64,000 bases of DNA from Amoebophrya sp. A120. Lineage: Eukaryota; Protista; Dinoflagellata. The stretch spans positions 2,786,158 through 2,850,157 of the forward strand of contig CAJINV010000013.1 of NCBI GenBank assembly GCA_905178155.1, read 5' to 3'. The notes beneath the pieces are model-generated. The model was not told the DNA's origin, did no database searches, and saw only the letters and a list, made by a program, of their open reading frames with translations. The translations under genes and the position numbers were made by a program. Positions 52,901 to 61,300 of this stretch are shown one piece after another. How positions within the stretch are numbered: the first letter of the stretch is position 1; the number at the start of each line of letters is the position of its first letter.

Positions 52901-53620
52901 CGAGATCACCTTGAAAAACGCCACCACCTCCTCCCACCAGGCCCCCACACAACAATCCGCCGCCGCAAAGAGAGCTTGCAAGAGAAGCAATGGAGGCGGC
53001 GGGGGGCTGCTGCGTATCAAAATGCAACAAACACGAACACCACAGGTACTAGTACAAGCGGCTGGAGATAAACGTAAAATAAAACTTTTAGTTCCCGTTG
53101 ATGTAGTAGTGTAGAAGACCTGACACAGTGGTCGCATATCTTATCGTCTGAATGCAAACCTTCCAAATATGAAATTTTGCTTTGGGTATGGCTCGGGGAT
53201 GGGATGGTCGTCGTGCTTTTCCAACTTGGATATGTGATCGTCTTTGTGCTGTAAACCAGCGGCTCCTTGACCTGGAACGGGAAACGCTTGCGAAGACCTG
53301 TGGAAGTTTTTTGTGCGTGGTTTTTTCTCACACTTAAACTTGAACGTCGTCACCACGCCGACTTTTCGTCGACGATCGTGCTCCTAATACAAATTTTTGC
53401 TTTCACTTTCACTGTACTTAGTTGTACCTTCTCCCTTCAAGCCCACCAATCCCTTTCCGCCCTTCATCGGGCCGCCCTTCACAAGCAGCTTTGCCAAACT
53501 GGTGGCGTCTTGCACTTCCAGAACCGGAAATTCATATTTCTCGGTCGTTGCAGCTGGTTCGCCAACCACCGCCGCTGCACCTCCGCTACTCAAAGCAGCG
53601 GCGGTTGCGGACTTAGCCAT
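49926..53620 (-). CDS. Uncharacterised multi-exon protein
   Basis: Series of minus-strand ORFs; VRPDF|DGTNNVFVTVEE|IGRMLAANP joins across two introners. Confidence 0.55.
50338..50658. mobile_element. Introner family C (321 bp)
   Basis: Family C TIRs; TSD TCTCC. Confidence 0.93.
50700..50954. mobile_element. Introner family A, diverged (255 bp)
   Basis: TATCCAGTGCAAAAAATATGTCTGGATCTGGAA...GACATATTTGCAATGCATA; TSD CGAAG. Confidence 0.88.
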
Positions 53621-55399
53621 GGTCAAGCTTGATAGACAGAACTTCAAAGCGAAACCTCTCTTCGACAACATTTTCGGATGTTTTGTCAAAGACAAAATGG
53701 GCGTCGTGTATTAAAATGAATTCAAAAAAAGGTGGCAGGGTTAATGCAAAAACCCCACGTTGTTTGTGACTGAGTTTGCTCGCAGTGACGATGCACGCAA
53801 CAGTGACAGAGGTCAAGTGAAGGTTACTTACTTCTTTCGAGCTTTTAAAAGCGCGATAGCTTCTGTTAAAGAGGTTTTTTAAAAAGCGGGGAATCGGAAT
53901 ACAAGGAGAGGACCGCTTCCCAAGTATCTTCGGAGATATCTGAATACAAAATCGGAACTTACTACATGGTCTAGGGGGAAGGTATTCATAACATCGAAAC
54001 GCTGACGCCGCACGCACGCAGATCGTTTTCTACTGAACAACTACCTCGAGTAGAACTCCAACGCAGATCTTCGCTTTTCGACTGTCGCACACACGCACGC
54101 AAACGAGGATCTTTTTCGTGTTCAAGGAATTCATCATCTTTATTGGTAGTATGTCGCTACATCCAAAAATCTTTCTTTCAGAGTGCTACGCAGGAGATCT
54201 TTCTGTGTTGCTGGATCATCACGGTGACAACACCAACAAGAACTTTCGTGAGGGACCAGAAGGCGCTTGTCTTTCCTCTAACTTTGGGCTCTTTTTTCTT
54301 TACCTGAACAAAGAAATCTGGCGGGCACGCGAGATTGATAGTACGTACTTCCTTGGCCGTCGGACAGGAATCAATACTAGCGCGTGCTGTACACATTTTT
54401 CGACTTATTCGTAAAGTAAACTAAACTTTTGCATTGCGTAACTTTTTGATTTCTTTCGACAATTCGCGATTGAAGTTGAGAGATTCGGAAAAAAGACCAA
54501 AAAAAGACAAAGACTTCAATCAGGCAATTCTTGCGTTAGAGAGATACTATCGAGCGATACTATTTTCTTACTTATTTTTGGGCATTGAATTTCGTAAAAC
54601 TTCAAGCATTTTGACTTCAAGACTTTTGGTAAATTGACCATATCTGGACTTTCCAGCGCATTCCGGCGAGAATACGCGAAAAAAAAAGCATTTGCATAGA
54701 AAAGGAAGCGAAAAGGCAGGCATCTTCAAACAGTAACCGCAATCAAACCTGTTGTAACCATACTCAGACCAGCAACCGACCGGGAGCGAATAAGCCAAAG
54801 CTTTGTCAGCCTTAAAGCTCCCAGCATATGTGCTGCAAGGAGTAGAGCGCGGCAAGGTCGCGAATTCAATAAATAAACTTTTTTTTTGATGATGTATTAT
54901 TCCAGACTCTCATAAGATTTGCAGTAAAAATTCATTTGTAAAACTTGGCGAGGACTTCATTTCAATAACATATCATCCGACAGCTCTTCAATAAAATCGC
55001 TTTTCCCGCCGTAGCAGCACAGCCCGAAAAAAAGTTGTAGGCACTCCTACACAGATCTACAAAGATACTTCATTTGGAAAAAGAAAAAACAGTTCACTGC
55101 GAAAATACCCTAATCGTGATTCACGACAATCCTTTCCAAGACCAGAGAGCATGACACCAAAAAGAGTGCGTGGGCCACTGCTCCGCCCCGGCTATGTATT
55201 TGATTCACCACAATCATGACTTACTCCTGTTTTTTATCGAATTTTCAATTGTCCTCATTTCTGAAGAATTATCATTATTTTTCCCTAGTACAACTTCCCA
55301 ATACCGTCAGCACTCCCGACCCGCCGACAGCTTCACTTTCAAGAACACGACCCGGTAGATGAAGTTGCTATTTTTACTTCTTCCCCGTCAAGGACCTCG

Positions 55400-58300
55400 T
55401 CACGCCGCCGCGACGTTCAAGCTTTCCATGGCTTCCACTAGTCTTGGTGGAATCGCCAAGGACGGGTATTTTTCCCGCAGCGTTTTCAAAATCTCCATGG
55501 ATTGCTGCAACAACGGGCGGCCGGAAGCGAAAAAGATTTCCATCACCTCCAGTTTCTCCTTGAACTCGCGGTTTTCGTACTTTTCCACCGCTTTTTTGAA
55601 CTCCTTTATCGAAGGAAAAAACTGTGTTAGTGTAGGTCTCTTGGGAAAACAGCATGACAAGTTTGTCTGCCATGATAGGAAAAACTTGTCATGCGCAGAT
55701 AGGGTGGGAAAACACGTAGGAAGCGAGCCTATCATGCATGTGAAGCATGACAAGCGTAACTGTTTTGCATTTTCTGCATCACGGACTTACACTTACAGAG
55801 TTTTTTTCTTGCATATCCTTGTTTTCCGTCACGATTTTTCGATACCGTTCCTCGGTCTGCGTCACGTCCTGCATCAGTTCCTGGGCAACGTCCAAAGCCT
55901 CCTTGTCCTCCTGCCGCAGCATGTGCAGCTCCTCAATCTGCTCCTGTTGCAGCTCCAGTTTCGGCTCGTACTTGTTGATCAACTGCTCCAGTTCGGCGTT
56001 TTTCAAATTTGCAACCTCGATCTGGTCGTGCAGCTGTTTTATCTTTTTCCCGAAGTCCATAGTATTGGAGGAGTTGTTGTTCGCCTGATCCTCGATCTGC
56101 TGCTTCAAGCGCTGGTTCTCCGCGAGGAGGGCACCTTTTTTCATTTGTGATACGTGTCTATATCGTTATCGAGCGACAGAATTTTTGCATGTTGACACAA
56201 GTTTCTACTTGCAGCTTTAACAGGTCATGCATAACAAAAAAAATCTAAACCTTGTTTCTTTCCTTCCTTATGGTGCCTTTCCAGCTCCTGTATCTGACGG
56301 TGGTTGTCTTTCTTCAACTTATTGATCACCGTTTCCATGCCCTCCACGATGGCCTCCAAGTTCTTCTCTCGCTTCGACTGTGGCTGCGCTTTGTTCGACG
56401 AGGAACTTGCACTACTATCTCCCGCTGTTTTACCCGAGGAATTCCTCCCCTTCGGCGAGACCGGCTGGTTGCTCTGGTTGATCAGTTCCAGTTCCCGGAT
56501 CCGGTTTTGCATGCGGTTGAATGCTATGAATTGCAAATATGTCTGGGTCTGGAAGGTCATGCTGTTTTTGCATGACGCAGATGGTCTGGCATGGAAGCTC
56601 TGGCATCACAGGTTTCGAGAAGCGTTCCCAATGCCGAATCCGCATGGCAACTCCCTGATTTTGGTGACAGAAAGTGGGCATCTTTTGCTGCCTATGCATG
56701 AGAGGTTTTTCTGTGTTCTGAAATGCGCATCACAAGTTTGTATTCTACTTCCAGACCCAGACATTTTTGCACTTGATAAATTTCGTTTCCCACTGCGTCT
56801 TGTCGAACAGGTATTCCATGGTTTTCATCTCCTTCTTTTTCACGTCGGATTCTAGTACCCGGATCTGCTTGGCGTAGTCCGCCGTTAAATCTTCCAGCTT
56901 TCGCACTTTCAAGTTGATTGTCATGTATTCCTCCTCCCGCTGCGCCCAGTCGTCCCCTAACCGGATCGACTTCACCCGCTTCAACTCGAACTTCACCTGC
57001 TCGCACTATCAAAAGGAAAAATCCCCCCTCCCCATACCAGAACAGAATTTCTGATGCTGCATTTGCGTACACAAATCGGGCTAGTCTTGCAGTAGAGTAC
57101 TGCAGACATATGCTAAGCCTGAGCATAGAGGTTTTGACATACCCGCTCAGCATGACAAAAGTCTACGCTGTAGGACCAACAGCATTACAACCGGCTGGCA
57201 TAATGAGGCCGACTCTCTGGAGTTGCCTTCTTGCAAGACAGCCAGGATTTGTGATCACAAATCTGCATCACTAATTTTCAGCCGGCTGCGTTTTTAATAT
57301 GAGGAGGGGGGATTTTTCCTCACAATACGCACTGCTGGTTCACCTTGTCCAGCTCCTCCTGCAATTGCTTCGAGTTCAGCTTCTCCTGCTCGAGCAGCTC
57401 CTTCGCGTCAATGGTTAATTGCTTTTCCATCGTCTCAATTTTCGACTCCAACTCGAAAATTTGACTGCGATACTGGTCCGTGGTCTTCAACTTTTCAATC
57501 TCCGCGTTGCTGGACTTGTTCTGGTGGTGCTCGAGCTCCGCTTGCAAGTTCTTCACCTGGTCTTCCAACTTCTTGGAGTTCTCGCGGATCTCGTTCGCCT
57601 TGCTATTCTCCTTGTTGATCAGTTGCACTTTGTGAAATTCCTTCTCCAAGTAATCCTTGTGCTCCTCGGCCTGCTTCAACTGTTTCCCGAGGTTCTCGAC
57701 CTGCTTCTTCAATTTGCGCGCGAGCTGCTGGTCCGCGGTTAACGTGGCTCCTCCTGCTTTAATACTACTCGAGCCCTTGTTCGCAGCTTCCTGCTCCAGA
57801 GGTGGGAGGTTAATATTGTTCTTTGCCGATTTCATATTCGCGCTTGACGTTATCCCTCCTGCGATCTTCCGCAGGGGGAAATCGCGGAGAATCACCTTGG
57901 ACACCTCGTCCGCTAAGCACATCCCGTTTTTATCTAAAATCACCAGCAAGTGGAGCTTCCGCACGGTTTCCAGCTTCAAGTTCAGTTGCCGGGCGAGATG
58001 TCCGCAGAGACTGTGGAACAAAACTCTCCCTGTTCGGAGGGGGTCGAGTTCCTTGAGTAGTTTTATTAAAGAGAGTTTCTGCTGGTTCAACGCATTGTGG
58101 ATTACCGACACCGCCGGCATCGCCTCCGTCCACTTACTCGCGTTGTTATCGTTATTACCGTCGTCCTTCGCCGCTTGAATGGACTTTATCAGGAAGTCCA
58201 ATTTCAAGAGGTTCTGCTGGTTCATGTTCGGCTGCTCGCTAGACGAGGCTCCTGCTGCGTAGTCTTGCTTCAAGACCAAAAACTCAAAAATCCTGGAAAT

Positions 58301-61300
58301 CGCAGCATCCTCCTCCTTCTGCTCGGATAGGCTCTGTGGGTTGGTCCCCCTGCTCGTTATCGTCTGCACCGCTTTCTTAAATTGCGCGGCGGTTAAAGAT
58401 TCTAACCCCCGGTGGTCGAATTGCGCGAACACGGAGCGGATGGACAAACCCGCGCCGGGGTTTTGCTTCATGTAGCTGTACAGCCGGGATTTGATGATCG
58501 GCAAAGCGGAACCCGCTAGCCACTGGCTCGCTTTCTGCCGCGATCGGCCAACCTCGGCTTCCGGGAAGGAGAGCAAAGAGGAAGAAGAAGCGCTGTTATT
58601 CATCGGCACTTGTTGTTCGGCACTTGTTGCGCCGTCGGCTGACGACGAAATTGAATTCGCACTCGTCGCCCAGGACATCTCCACCACAGCGTCGGGGTAC
58701 GCGATTTTTCCTTGCAGCTGCTGGTAGGACAACATGCCACTTCCCGTGTCCTGGTCCAACACGTTGAACAAGCTGGAGACGTCCGCCTTGGAGACACTCA
58801 CCCCGGAGACCGAGCGGAAGAGATTCAGATTTTCGAACAGGTTCTTGAACTCGACGTAAGACAAGAACCCGTCGCGGTCCTCATCTGCCTGGGTGAAAGC
58901 GTCCATCAAGCTGTACTTGTTTTCTATCAAAGTGTTCCTCAGAACCTGGATCGTGTTTTGCAGTAGGTGCGAACTTCTGATACGCCAGATGAACTCCTTG
59001 CGTGATTTGCTCGCCTCGTCCACGACCTGCAGCCGTTCCCTTTTGCTGAACTCCTGCTTCTCGAACTGGAGTTTGTGCAAGAAGTGGTCCAGGTCCGGAT
59101 ACGTGAGCCTGTCCGACTCGGCGCCCGACAAATCTGAGGATGGTGGGAGCGCACTGCGGATTTCCTGCTCCGCAACTTCCTCCTCGATCTCGACGGAGGA
59201 TGCTCTTCCAGCTGTTTCCCCCATTTTACTGCTCGCAGAAGTTTTTCTCCTCTTCAAAATCTTCGCCCGGATCTTCTCAAACAAGTTCGGGAACGTTTCC
59301 CCGCGGAGCTCTAAGTCGAAATCTCGGAACTGCATGAACCCTCGCGGATAGTTCATCTTCTTCAGATAGCGCTGCGCAACCTCCTCGAAGCTGTACTCCA
59401 GTAGACCGTCACTGTATCTTGGTTGCACCGTCTCCGCGCCGTTCGAAATGTGCACCGTGGGCGGGAGTTCGCCGTTGACGAGCTGTTGGAAGTTTTTCGC
59501 GAAAAGAAAATCCTCCCCGCCGGGGAACTCGTCCTTCGCAGAGTATTTGTCGAACAACTTCCGGATGTTCAACTTTTCCCTCGCGACCTTCTTCCGTAAC
59601 TGCGCAAACGGCCCCTGGTCCTTCGACTTGATCACCATCGAAGTGCTACTGCTGGAGGAACCTCCCGGCGCATTCTCATTTTCCGCTTTACTCTCTGCTT
59701 CTTTGTGCAGGAAGTTCATCATGTGCAGGGTTTCTTTCTCCTCGGATAGCAGCATCTGTTTCGCCTCGTACTCCCCTCGAGAAGTTAAAAAGGCAGTATC
59801 CAGGAGCCAGACGAACTCGAGCTCCAGGGCCGCAAGGGTTGGGGGCGCAGCAGCGTTTTTGCCTTCCACCTCTGAAGATGGCACATCACCGCTGCTGCTA
59901 GATGAGAGCACCTTGTTTAGAACTTCCTGGACCAGAACCTTCGCTTTCTGTTCGCTCAGAAATTCAAAAAAGGAATTGATCACCTGCTCCAAAATCTTCA
60001 CAGTTTCGTCCGAGGTAATCACCACTGTGTTTTGTGGTTCTACTTCTTTTTCCAAACAGATGGAGAAAACGACGCGCAGAGCCGTTCGCAGGGAAAACCC
60101 CCGCAGCATGTTCTTGCCAGAAAGCGGGTCGACGGAATTCCCTAGCAGCCCGAAGTGGAAGTCCGTGTTTTTCAGGGGGACAGGATCCATTTCTTCAAAC
60201 ACGAACTCCTGCGTCGCCTCCGCGTCGGAGCTGGACTTCGCACTCGCGTTCGCCACTTCCAAAACGGCAGCGAGCCACTCGACGTATTTTACGGCGTTGT
60301 CGTTGTCCACGTCCAAGAAGCTCGTCAAACTGTTGCCCTTCCCGCTGCCGTGCGTGAAGACCTGGTCTAGCTGCTGCGCGGTGATCGAGAGCGGGAGTTG
60401 ATTCAACGCTTTTTGCACTATTCGGAGCGGCAATTTGCCCGAGATAGAATTCTTGCTGCTCCTGTTCACAATTGTGTCCACCGCTTTCAAAATTTGCAGG
60501 AACGAAATTCCCTCGGTCGTTAATCGGGATCTAATGGAGGAAAACAACTCGCCCTTTTTCTCCGCCTCGGACAACTTCGACCACTTGTGATTTTTCTCCT
60601 TCTCCAAATTCGCCACCTGCTGCTGCAGTTCCGACGCCTTTTGGTCCTCTACTTCCAGTTGCTGTTGCCCACTACTACTAGCCGCCGCTCCCGCACTTCC
60701 GCCCGCTTCCGTTTTCATCTTCGCGACCTCGGCCGCCATCTGCTCCGCCTCGGTGGAAGATTCGTTTTCCTTCAATTTTTCCAGCAATTTTGTCATCTCC
60801 TGCTCGAATTTGTCCGCTTTCGTCCGCTCCCGTTCGTAATTGATGTTTGACTGGATCAGGTCGTCCTTTGTCTGCAGCTATTACAGTGAAAAGTGCCTCC
60901 CACCCCTCAAATTGCAAAAATTTTTGATGCGAGGTTTCCAAATGAAAACGTTTTGTCATGCATGAAAGGAGTATAAATCTTTCTGAGGCAGAGCCTAGGC
61001 GTGTATCGCATCGCTTGCATGACAAGGGCCGCTTTTGCTGGGGTCTTTTGCAATACAATTTTTTGCTGCTCACGATTGGAAACCTGTGATGCTAATAGAT
61101 GCACGAGGGCGAATGTTTCATTTGGAAAGGTTTGCAATACAAATGCTCCCAAGTTCGGGGGTGGGGGCATTTTTCATTGTAGTAGCAGCATCTCCTTCTC
61201 TAGACTATCCAGTTTCTTCGACAAACTCGTCGCTTTTTCCAAGGATTTATGCCGAGTAAAAACGTCCCCACACCAGAGCTGTCATGCAAATCTGCACGCC

